Both the position numbers and the translations under genes were made by a program. The notes under the pieces are model-generated. The model saw only the letters and a list, made by a program, of their open reading frames with translations. It had not been told where the DNA came from and ran no database searches. Of a stretch of DNA of 64,000 bases, positions 41,575 to 50,462 are shown piece by piece. The stretch is from Candidatus Helarchaeota archaeon (lineage in GTDB: Archaea; Asgardarchaeota; Lokiarchaeia; Helarchaeales; RDOG01). How positions within the stretch are numbered: position 1 is the stretch's first letter; each line of letters begins with the position of its first letter. Where the stretch lies: positions 1,165,910 to 1,229,909 of the forward strand of contig JAHPZH010000002.1 of the NCBI GenBank assembly GCA_019058315.1. The letters run 5' to 3'.

Positions 41575-41730
41575 ATGAATGAAGAAGAATTAATGGAAAG
41601 AAAATTAAACTTAATCGAAATGGTCATCCGCAATTTCGATTGCTGACTTTCGTGCGCTGCACATTTGATCGTCAAAAATGAGAAGGATGAAATAATTTTC
41701 GAGAAAGAGATTGTAATTGGTTCTGGGTGA
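41575..41730 (+). CDS. vhuU: Selenoprotein hydrogenase subunit U, 51 aa (MNEEELMERKLNLIEMVIRNFDCULSCAAHLIVKNEKDEIIFEKEIVIGSG)
   Basis: AGGTG SD. In-frame TGA at 41644-41646 falls in the L2 motif DxUxSCAAH that vhuA lacks. SECIS-like hairpin at the 3' end. Confidence 0.93.
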
Positions 41731-41785
41731 AGTGTTGGCAAAAAACTGAAGTCAACACAGACAGACCCCGCAAGGGTCGAACCAA
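41717..41785 (+). promoter_or_regulatory. Eukaryote-like (K-turn) SECIS element
   Basis: GUGAA (41727-31) and AGAC (41759-62) give tandem G.A pairs. 8-bp stem GUGUUGGC/GUCAACAC with A-rich loop. Outer helix UUGGUUC/GAACCAA. Confidence 0.82.
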
Positions 41786-41796
41786 CTCTTTTTTTT
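41786..41796 (+). terminator. Oligo-T archaeal terminator after vhuU/SECIS
   Basis: CTCTTTTTTTT directly after the structured element. Confidence 0.55.
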
Positions 41797-41837
41797 ATTA
41801 AAAATTATTGTTGAAATTGAATTAAATCGAAATAATT

Positions 41838-42725
41838 TTATGAATTCGTCTTTATTTTAAATAGTTCACAAGCTGTAGTGCCCATTAAAAAAATTCTATC
41901 CTCTTTAGTTATATTATCCCCACTAAAAAATCTAGTTATAGAAGGAAGTTTTATTTTTTTACATAGATTAGTCCATTCTTTAACTCTATTAATTGTGAAA
42001 GGCCAATAAGATCCAAACATTATACGTTTACGATTTCCGATCATAAATTTAATATGTAAAATATTCTGGGCAATTCCCAACTCTGGAATATCCATATTCA
42101 TCGGGGCATAATCTGTATATACGTTTTCATACTTGCGCATTATTGCTATTAATTCATACATAAATGGATAACCGAGTTGAGTGCATAAATTTACTTTCAG
42201 ATCCTGGAATTTATCAAGAACTTTTTCAATAAAATAAGGGTTCGAATTTTGAATTAAACATGGACTTGCAGTGAAACCAGTATGAATAGAGACTGGAATT
42301 TCGTTTTCTTCAGCTATTTTATAAAGAGGAAAGCAAATTTCCTCATCAGGTCGAAAGCCATTTCCTGGATATAATTTTAAGCCACACAGACCTGCATTTA
42401 ATCCTTTTTGAAATATATCAGATGCATTTTTATGACGGGGATCAACACCACATTGCCCTAAAAAAAGATCTGGATATTCGCTTATACATTTTGATACATA
42501 ATCATTATATTTTACTTGAGAAATCGAGGAACCATAAGAAAAATCATTAGTGGATATTATTGCTTTGTCTATTTCTGCTTGTTCCATTTCAACAATGTAT
42601 TCTTTTGGTGTTGCGTTATAAATTGGTTCAATATTATATATTTTACACATATTTTTTATAAAATTACGAGCATTTTGGGAAAGAAACTTTTTCATCCAAA
42701 AATTTATTTGTGCGTCTACAATCAA
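41838..42725 (-). CDS. Amidohydrolase_2 family protein with degenerate metal ligands
   Basis: Fold motifs GLKLYP, VSIHTG, NVYTD, but DAQIN in place of DxHxH and GSYWP in place of GSDxP. Confidence 0.78.
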   Translation of the reverse strand: MIVDAQINFWMKKFLSQNARNFIKNMCKIYNIEPIYNATPKEYIVEMEQAEIDKAIISTNDFSYGSSISQVKYNDYVSKCISEYPDLFLGQCGVDPRHKNASDIFQKGLNAGLCGLKLYPGNGFRPDEEICFPLYKIAEENEIPVSIHTGFTASPCLIQNSNPYFIEKVLDKFQDLKVNLCTQLGYPFMYELIAIMRKYENVYTDYAPMNMDIPELGIAQNILHIKFMIGNRKRIMFGSYWPFTINRVKEWTNLCKKIKLPSITRFFSGDNITKEDRIFLMGTTACELFKIKTNS

Positions 42726-42820
42726 ATTTTACACCATCTTATTCCAAAATCAAAAAAAATATGATTAATTTATTTTTAAATAAGTAAGTAATTTTTTAAA
42801 CATGCAAATTTACTTTTCAC

Positions 42821-43642
42821 TTGCAGAAACCCAATGAGATGTTTAATTTGTTAAGAGCTTGTGCAATTCAGTTCGAACCTCGGTTAAACGATTTAGTAGG
42901 AAACAGAAAAAAAGTGGAAAATTTATTAAGAAATTCAATTAAAAAAACAAACTCTAAATTATATGTTCTTCCAGAACTTGCTTTTTCGGGTTATAATTTT
43001 CGAAATTTAGACGAGGTTGAGGAGACAAGTGAAATTATAAATAAATCAGAAAGTTGTGCAATGTTAAAAGAGATAGCTAATCAGTTTGATATCTCGATTG
43101 TAACCGGAATAAATGAACGAGAAAAAAATAGGTATTTCAATTCAGCAGTAGCTATAAATAAGAACGGAATTATTATGGTCTATCGTAAACTTCAATTATA
43201 TGCGAAAGAAAAAGAATTTTTTACTCCTGGAAATAAACCATTACAAATTTTTAGTATTGATAATGTTAAAATTGGAATTATGATTTGTTTTGATTGGTTC
43301 TTTCCCGAAATACCCCGCACATTGGCATTAAAAGGTGCACACGTTATATGTCATCCGATGAACGCAGTTATACCTGATGGAGCTTACATTGGAGATAATT
43401 TCCACTCAAAATGGAACAGAGTGTACATAATTTTAGCTAATAGAATTGGCGTAGAGGGAGATCTGACCTTTATCGGAAAAAGCAGGATTTCTGATCCCAC
43501 AGGAAATGTAATCGCGCAAGCAAATTCAGATACTGAAGAAATTATATGTGCTAATATTAATCCTAAATTAGCGGAAAACAAAAAATTAAACAAGTATAAT
43601 CATTTGATTAATGATCGTCGTACCGATTTTTATTTTAAATAA
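42821..43642 (+). CDS. Carbon-nitrogen hydrolase (nitrilase superfamily)
   Basis: E-K-C triad: LPEL, YRK, ICFDWFFPE. Confidence 0.9.
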   Translation: MQKPNEMFNLLRACAIQFEPRLNDLVGNRKKVENLLRNSIKKTNSKLYVLPELAFSGYNFRNLDEVEETSEIINKSESCAMLKEIANQFDISIVTGINEREKNRYFNSAVAINKNGIIMVYRKLQLYAKEKEFFTPGNKPLQIFSIDNVKIGIMICFDWFFPEIPRTLALKGAHVICHPMNAVIPDGAYIGDNFHSKWNRVYIILANRIGVEGDLTFIGKSRISDPTGNVIAQANSDTEEIICANINPKLAENKKLNKYNHLINDRRTDFYFK

Positions 43643-43712
43643 TCAGATTTTAAACATAAAACTTATTTATTTAAATAAATAATCAGAGAATATAATTTAT
43701 GGGTGATTTTAT

Positions 43713-44372
43713 CTGAGCCAACTAGACAATAAAGATAAAAAACAGAAGCAATCTACAGATGAGCCAGGAATTATAGAAGAAATTCCTACTAAGACCTTTA
43801 TTATTCTTACAATTAATATGATCTTTTTAATTTTCGGTACTTTGTTGGCTGTATTTAGTTCTTATATCACCCAAACATTTGCAGATGCTTATCAATTTAT
43901 GAATGCATTAAGAAATATCTTTAATGTTATTTCTAGTAATATGCTCTCATATTATGGCACATTGCTTAATGAACTAACTCTGAAATCTTTAATTGATTTT
44001 TATTATGAATTAGCATCAAATCTATACAATATAGCTGTTTTCAACTATTTATATACTTATTTTTTATTAGTTGGTAACCCATCTTTTTTAACTACAATAT
44101 TTAACCTCCCTCCGAATGCCGCTATACCTGATGTAATTCTTGGTTTCAGTTTGACATTTTATTGTTCACTAAATTTAATTCAGACCATATTTAAAATATT
44201 TCCAAAAATTTCCAAACCATTTGTTCTTCAGATTCTATTTATAATAAATTCTATTTGTTTTGGAGTAATAATTGTTGGGATTATATTTTTGAATATTGTT
44301 ATAATAGCAATACCCGCTCTAATTATAATATTAACTTTTGCTTATGTTGCTCTGTGGTTACCAATTAAATAA
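43713..44372 (+). CDS. Membrane protein of unknown function (probable CTG start)
   Basis: The frame is open from CTG 43713, 6 nt after GGTGA, to the called ATG 43818. Several TM segments. Confidence 0.6.
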   Translation: MSQLDNKDKKQKQSTDEPGIIEEIPTKTFIILTINMIFLIFGTLLAVFSSYITQTFADAYQFMNALRNIFNVISSNMLSYYGTLLNELTLKSLIDFYYELASNLYNIAVFNYLYTYFLLVGNPSFLTTIFNLPPNAAIPDVILGFSLTFYCSLNLIQTIFKIFPKISKPFVLQILFIINSICFGVIIVGIIFLNIVIIAIPALIIILTFAYVALWLPIK

Positions 44373-44415
44373 AATACATTCTATTTTTTAAGAATTTATC
44401 AGTTCCTTTTAAATT

Positions 44416-44946
44416 TCATTCATATAATAGTTCTGTAAAAACTTCTGTTAATTTATTTATAGCTATCTTAACTATATCAGAAATTCCTTTTTCATTAAAG
44501 ATATGTTCTGCTTGAATCCCAATTATAACTATTTCTAATTCTAGTAGAGAAGCATAAAGAAAATCCAGAAGAAGATTTTTTGACATAGAATGGGAAGAAA
44601 TTGAATACAAATGCATTTCTTCTTTTAGGATAAATTCAATAGTTCCTGGAGCTTTTTTAAGATCTGCAGCATCAAGTAAAATTAAATGCGTTGGGCTCCA
44701 TTCAAATATTTCATTGATGAATGTATGAGGCGCAGTTTCCCCCTCAACTAAAAAAACATCAAATTTTGATTTAAGATTTTTCGATATTTTCTTCAAATTC
44801 CGAACAACTTGTAATCCTGCGATATCATCATAGCGAAACTCGTTTCCTACCCCTACTATCGCGATACGTGAATTTGAATTGAATTTTTTATTTAATTCAT
44901 TTTGAATTATTTCACAATTTTCATCGATATGTCTATATTTCTCCAT
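44416..44946 (-). CDS. Hydrogenase maturation endopeptidase (HycI-like)
   Basis: GVGNEFRYDDIAG, LLDAA, SSH. Confidence 0.9.
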   Translation of the reverse strand: MEKYRHIDENCEIIQNELNKKFNSNSRIAIVGVGNEFRYDDIAGLQVVRNLKKISKNLKSKFDVFLVEGETAPHTFINEIFEWSPTHLILLDAADLKKAPGTIEFILKEEMHLYSISSHSMSKNLLLDFLYASLLELEIVIIGIQAEHIFNEKGISDIVKIAINKLTEVFTELLYE

Positions 44947-45055
44947 TTTGTAGTTCTCCAGTTCTGAGAAACAATGGTTTTAATAATTTTATTTTATTTA
45001 CTATTTGACAAATATTCTTTATGTTTTATTGATTAATTGAGATTCTGGTGATTTC

Positions 45056-46138
45056 TTGAACTTTAGAGACCCTCAAACTGCTAAAAAAATATCTGGTCAT
45101 ATAAAAAAAATTGCTCCAAATGATTACGAAATTAAATTTATGCATGTTTGTGGGACTCATGAACAAGTTGTTAGTCAGTATGGGTTGCGTTCTTTATTAC
45201 CCGAAAATGTGGAAATTATTGCAGGACCCGGTTGCCCAGTATGTGTTGTTCCTTCTCAAGAAATCGATGAAGCTATCTATTTAGCAAGAGAAGGTAAAAT
45301 ATTAACAACCTTCGGAGATATGAGTCGAGTACCTGGTACTGATTTATCATTACATGATTGTAGAAGTGAAGGCCACGATATTAGAATTGTTTATAGTCCT
45401 GAAGATGCAACTCAACTAGCTCGAGAAAATCCGGACAAGGAAATTGTATTTTTTGCTATAGGATTTGAAACAACCGCTGCTATCGTTGCAGCAGAAATAT
45501 TACGAAATCCCCCGAAAAACTTTTCTATAATTTGTGCACATAAAACCATTCCCGCAGCAATGCATTTGTTAATAGGATCGGGCGAGCTTCAGATTGATGG
45601 ATTCATACTACCCGGTCATGTTTCAACAATCATCGGTGCTATTCCCTTCGAAATTTTTCCTAGGGCTTTCAGAATGCCAGTTGTAATAGCAGGGTTTGAA
45701 CCAGTTGATGTTCTTATGTCAATAGCTTTGTTATTAGAACAAATTCGTGATAAAACGCCTAAAGTAGATAATGAATATTCAAGAGTTGTAAATTATGAGG
45801 GAAATATAAAAGCTCAAAAGATGATTAATGAAGTTTTTGAAATAGCAACTGTAAATTGGCGAGGTATTGGTCGAGTAGCTGAAGGTGGCTATATTTTACG
45901 AAATAAATTTGAAAAATATGATGCTAGAAAGAAATTTAATGTAAAAATTGAGAAATCAAGAGATATCCATCCTGGTTGTTCATGCCATCTAATAATGGTA
46001 GGTAAACTTACCCCAGATAAGTGTAAATTATTTGGAAATGAATGCACACCTAATCATCCTTACGGACCTTGTATGGTTAGTCATGAAGGTACGTGTAATA
46101 TATGGTTAAAATTCGGCGGTAAATTAAGATTTACTTAA
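45056..46138 (+). CDS. hypD: Hydrogenase maturation protein HypD
   Basis: HVCGTHE, GPGCPVC, GFETT, PGHV, GPCMVSHEGTC. Confidence 0.97.
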   Translation: MNFRDPQTAKKISGHIKKIAPNDYEIKFMHVCGTHEQVVSQYGLRSLLPENVEIIAGPGCPVCVVPSQEIDEAIYLAREGKILTTFGDMSRVPGTDLSLHDCRSEGHDIRIVYSPEDATQLARENPDKEIVFFAIGFETTAAIVAAEILRNPPKNFSIICAHKTIPAAMHLLIGSGELQIDGFILPGHVSTIIGAIPFEIFPRAFRMPVVIAGFEPVDVLMSIALLLEQIRDKTPKVDNEYSRVVNYEGNIKAQKMINEVFEIATVNWRGIGRVAEGGYILRNKFEKYDARKKFNVKIEKSRDIHPGCSCHLIMVGKLTPDKCKLFGNECTPNHPYGPCMVSHEGTCNIWLKFGGKLRFT

Positions 46139-46320
46139 TTCTAATTAAGTTATCAAATATTTGACCAAAACTTAATATATAATCGAATAAAAAAAAGAAA
46201 TAGATTGAAATAATTATTTCAAAGTAAGTTCACAAAATTTTATTAAATCCACAAATTGTCATTTAATAAGAATAAATAAAAAATTATTTTTTAGATTAGA
46301 GAATTTTACTAGGGTTATCC

Positions 46321-46938
46321 ATGTTCAAAGCAAAAACTCAAGATGAAACTGAGTTAATTACTGAAATTACTAAAGAAGTATCACAAATATTTCTTGATAC
46401 TATTAATATTAGACAAATTCTAATTTTTCATAGAATAACAGGTACAACCCTTGTATCTAAAAGTTTTGTAGAAGCTGAAACTGACCCTGATCTAATAAGT
46501 GGATTTATAACTGCAATTTCGGCATTTGAGAAAGAATTGGTAGGAATTGCAGGAGGTTTAGAGGAATTAAAATATAAATTTATTAGATTTTTGTTAGATA
46601 TCCGGGAGTTATCTACTGCTTGCATTCTAGTATCTGGGGATTATAACCCCTCCATAAAATTAAGAAAAAATTTTAGTGAATTTCATGAAAGATTTGAGTT
46701 GGAATTTCGATCAGATTTAGAAAATTTCGATGGGTATGTAAAACCTTATAGAAATATTGCTCATCTTTTAGAAGATCATTTTGAAATCTCCTTATTTAGT
46801 CCACATAGACTACTTTCAAAAAAATATCATTCTAATTTGATTAAAATCATTCCTATACCCAAAGAACAGATAAATGAAATACGTAAATTACCAAATAATC
46901 AAATAGAAAAAGAAATTGACAATATAATAAAAAAATAG
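46321..46938 (+). CDS. Longin-like domain protein
   Basis: ILIFHRITG.TL..PDLISGFITAISAFEKEL..FHERFE. Confidence 0.65.
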   Translation: MFKAKTQDETELITEITKEVSQIFLDTINIRQILIFHRITGTTLVSKSFVEAETDPDLISGFITAISAFEKELVGIAGGLEELKYKFIRFLLDIRELSTACILVSGDYNPSIKLRKNFSEFHERFELEFRSDLENFDGYVKPYRNIAHLLEDHFEISLFSPHRLLSKKYHSNLIKIIPIPKEQINEIRKLPNNQIEKEIDNIIKK

Positions 46939-46964
46939 CAAATCAATAAACAGAGAATATTAAT

Positions 46965-48086
46965 ATGGATGAAACTGACGTTAAACCGGAAGAAAATAAC
47001 GTAGTTGATATTTTAAATACTGCATATGAATCAATGAATCAAAAACAATTTAATAAAGCACTCACATTTTTCAATTTAGCCATTAAAAAATTAGAAGGTT
47101 TTTCAAAACAAAGCTCTTATTATGCTGAAAGACTGAATGAAGTAAATTTGATGGCGAAGAATTGTAAGACTGAAATTCGAAATGATTTGCTTGAAAAAGT
47201 AAAGATTTTAGTTGAAAAAAACAAAGTTCCTCTTATTCTTGAACATTATGAAATGATCATATTACTCACAAAAGAAATTGGTGATATTGAAAATTTAGAA
47301 AAATTTGAAAAAATTTATAATTCATATAAGCAAACATTCCAGGAAAAAGAAACCACTGAAATTAAAGAAATGATGGAAATCGCAAGTAATCTTAAAAATA
47401 AGGGTAAATTCGAAAAATCTCTAGAAATTTATAGAGATACTTTAGCAAAAGCTAAAATGATTGAGAATACAGATCTAGTTAAGTCATTAGAAAACCAATT
47501 AACTTTAATCCCTATTATCAAGCAAAGGGAAAGAAGAAAACTGACTTTGGAACAGGCAACAAAAGCTCTTGAAGAAGGAAGATACCGTGTTGCCATTAGT
47601 CATTACAAATTAGCTTCCAAGTATAGTGCTGAATTGGGGGAACATGATAAAGAAAAAGAATTTTTAGCAGAAGCGAAGAAAGTTGAAAAACTTAAGGGTA
47701 AATTAGAAAAACAAAGAAAAAAGGAAGATAGTAAAATAGAAGAAATTAATATAAAGGCAGACGTTTGTATAGACGAAGGTAATTATATTGAAGCAATTAA
47801 ACTATATCAAGAAGTAAGGGCTATCAGAGATTCAGTCGGAGAATTTGACGAACAATTAAATTCCATTATTAATACGATAAAGCTAAATTTTATAGAATAT
47901 TTCCTTGTAAAAAAAATTCCTGAACAAATCAGGGATATTTTAAAACTAGTGAATGAAATGATTGATGAGAATGGAAATTTTTCTCTAACTACATTATATA
48001 ATCGAGCTTCAAAGACTTTATTGATTCCTAAGGATGAAATAGCGTTAACAATATATATTCTACATAAATTACTAGTCTTTATATAA
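46965..48086 (+). CDS. Helical TPR-like/coiled-coil protein
   Basis: Repeated GxYxxAIxxY helices, charged coiled segments, possible C-terminal wHTH. Confidence 0.6.
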   Translation: MDETDVKPEENNVVDILNTAYESMNQKQFNKALTFFNLAIKKLEGFSKQSSYYAERLNEVNLMAKNCKTEIRNDLLEKVKILVEKNKVPLILEHYEMIILLTKEIGDIENLEKFEKIYNSYKQTFQEKETTEIKEMMEIASNLKNKGKFEKSLEIYRDTLAKAKMIENTDLVKSLENQLTLIPIIKQRERRKLTLEQATKALEEGRYRVAISHYKLASKYSAELGEHDKEKEFLAEAKKVEKLKGKLEKQRKKEDSKIEEINIKADVCIDEGNYIEAIKLYQEVRAIRDSVGEFDEQLNSIINTIKLNFIEYFLVKKIPEQIRDILKLVNEMIDENGNFSLTTLYNRASKTLLIPKDEIALTIYILHKLLVFI

Positions 48087-48142
48087 AAATTTATGAAATT
48101 AAGAAAAAACTGAATAACTTTTCAGCAAGTTTGGATTTTTGA

Positions 48143-50461
48143 ATGAAATGCACAATTCATGTTAGCGGAATTGTCCAAGGTGTGGGGTTTAGACCTTTTA
48201 TTTATCGTCATGCTACTTTATTAAACCTATTAGGTTATGTATTAAATCTGGGAAATAGGGGAGTAAAGATTGAAGTTGAGGGGTCTAAAGAAAAAATAGA
48301 ACAATTTATAAAAGAAATAAAAGAAAATCATCCTCCAATAAGTAGAATCGATGATATAGAAATTCAATGGATAAAAGAAGAATCGGGATATAAAGAATTT
48401 AAAATACTAAAAAGTTTAAAATCATCTGGAGATTCGATTGTTTTACCACCAGATATTTCAATCTGTGATGATTGTTTAAATGACTTTAAAAATGAAAAAA
48501 ATTCTCGTTATTATCGATATCCTTTCATTGCATGTTCTATTTGTGGTCCAAGATATACAACAGTGACTGATTTACCATATGATCGACCATTTACTACAAT
48601 GATTGAATTTCCCTTCTGTAAAGATTGTAATATTGAGTATACCGACCCTAAATATCGGCGATACCACGCACAAACCTTTGCTTGCAATGTTTGTGGGCCT
48701 CATTTTAAACTTTACGATAAAAGTGGAACTATTATAGATGAAAAAGACCCATTTAAGAGAGTTGTAAATTTATTAAAAGAAAATTGTATTGTTGCACTAA
48801 TGGGAATTGGAGGAGTTCATTTAGTATCAAGAGCCATAGACGAAACTATATCAGAATTAAGGAGGAGAAAGAGAAAAAGAAAATATAAACCATTTGCTGT
48901 AATGTCCCCATCAATAGAAACCATTAAGACATTTGCATTAGTATCCCCCAAAGAAGAAGAATTATTAACCTCCTTTAGGAGACCAATCATTTTATTAGAA
49001 AAAAGCCCTAATTATTATTTATCACAAGAAATTTCCCCAGGTTTGACTAATATTGGGGTTTTTTTACCTTATTCTGGTATGCACTATCTTTTATTCGAAA
49101 ATAATGATTTCCCAGCTCTTATAATGACTAGTGGAAATATTTCTAATTTGCCGATGGCGACTGACCGTTTTAATGTATTGGAAGAATTGAAAGATATTGC
49201 TGATTATTTTTTATTGCATAATCGTAAGATTCATCAAAGAAGTGATGATTCAGTACTATTTGTACTAAATAATAAGGCAACGATTATTCGAAGATCCCGT
49301 GGTTTTGTACCCGAGCACATCGAACTTCCATTCTCTGCAGATGATATTAATCTCGTTGCTGTAGGACCAGAACTACATTCTACTGCATCGGTCTTAAAGA
49401 AGAACCGAATATATCCTTCACAACATATTGGAGATGTTAATAGTCTTGAAATTCTAGATTTTCTAGATGAATCAATCATACACTTAACTAATTTATTAAA
49501 AATGCAAAATATAGATGCATTTGTTTGTGATTATAACCCAGTCTTTCTATCCACTAAATTAGCACAAAAAAAAGCTAAAGAATATAGCGCCAGACTAATT
49601 CAAGTGCAACATCATCATGCTCACGCTGCTGCAATAATGGCGGAATATAAAATTAAACCTGACAATCAAATAATCGGAATGATTCTTGATGGAGTAGGGT
49701 ATGGAAAAGATGGAAAGGCATGGGGTGGCGAAATCTTTTTATCTAATTATGAAAATTTTGAGAGAATGGCTTATCTCGAATATCATCCAATGCCAGCCGG
49801 AGATCGATGTGTATATTATCCAGTTCGTATGTTATCTTCCATTTTATCTGAAAAATTAAGCACAGTAGAGATAAAAAATATAATTGAGAAAGAATATCTA
49901 GAAGGGCTACCCCATGGTAAAAATGAACTTGAGCTTTTATTGAAACAGATTAAATCAAAAACAAATCTAGCTTATACTTCAGGAACTGGCAGGATCCTTG
50001 ATGCTCTTGCCGCGTTATTAAAAATTTGTTTTGAACGAACTTATGAGGGCGAACCAGCTATAAGATTAGAACATTTTGCTAAATCAGGCAATCCAAAAGC
50101 GATTAAATTCAAAATCCCACTAAAAAATAATAAAGAAACAATTATTGAAACTTCAGATTTGATTTTACAAGCATTGGAGCATTATAAAAATGGGATTAAG
50201 CCTCAAGATATTGCCGCCTCTGCTCAATACTGCCTATCAAGCAAAATTGCTGAAATTGCAGTTAATTTGGCCAAAAAAGAACATATTAAACATGTTGGAT
50301 TAAGTGGAGGAGTAGCTTATAACAAAGCAATGACTGTTAATTTCAAAAAACGTATAGAGGAGCAAAATCTAGCTTTCTTACAACATGAGTTAATCCCGCC
50401 TGGGGATCCGGGGGTTAGTATCGGTCAAGCTATTATTGGAGCTCGCCTTTTAAAGATATAA
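48143..50461 (+). CDS. hypF: Carbamoyltransferase HypF
   Basis: GIVQGVGFRPF, Zn fingers, QHHHAH, DGVGYG, PPGD. Confidence 0.97.
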   Translation: MKCTIHVSGIVQGVGFRPFIYRHATLLNLLGYVLNLGNRGVKIEVEGSKEKIEQFIKEIKENHPPISRIDDIEIQWIKEESGYKEFKILKSLKSSGDSIVLPPDISICDDCLNDFKNEKNSRYYRYPFIACSICGPRYTTVTDLPYDRPFTTMIEFPFCKDCNIEYTDPKYRRYHAQTFACNVCGPHFKLYDKSGTIIDEKDPFKRVVNLLKENCIVALMGIGGVHLVSRAIDETISELRRRKRKRKYKPFAVMSPSIETIKTFALVSPKEEELLTSFRRPIILLEKSPNYYLSQEISPGLTNIGVFLPYSGMHYLLFENNDFPALIMTSGNISNLPMATDRFNVLEELKDIADYFLLHNRKIHQRSDDSVLFVLNNKATIIRRSRGFVPEHIELPFSADDINLVAVGPELHSTASVLKKNRIYPSQHIGDVNSLEILDFLDESIIHLTNLLKMQNIDAFVCDYNPVFLSTKLAQKKAKEYSARLIQVQHHHAHAAAIMAEYKIKPDNQIIGMILDGVGYGKDGKAWGGEIFLSNYENFERMAYLEYHPMPAGDRCVYYPVRMLSSILSEKLSTVEIKNIIEKEYLEGLPHGKNELELLLKQIKSKTNLAYTSGTGRILDALAALLKICFERTYEGEPAIRLEHFAKSGNPKAIKFKIPLKNNKETIIETSDLILQALEHYKNGIKPQDIAASAQYCLSSKIAEIAVNLAKKEHIKHVGLSGGVAYNKAMTVNFKKRIEEQNLAFLQHELIPPGDPGVSIGQAIIGARLLKI

Positions 50462-50462
50462 T

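Noticed and set aside
41394-41741. 115-aa minus-strand ORF over the vhuA end
   Set aside because: Antisense shadow of vhuA/vhuU. The plus-strand Sec ORF explains the region.
41763-41781. Methanococcal-type GAA/A SECIS in the GACCC-CGCAA-GGGTC hairpin
   Set aside because: GAA is on the 3' side (reverse polarity) and pairs better in the outer helix. The K-turn model fits better.
41728-41820. Second Sec readthrough at TGA 41728
   Set aside because: The extension (SVGKKLKSTQ...) runs through the SECIS and T-tract and has no motif. The VhuU length already fits with a stop here.
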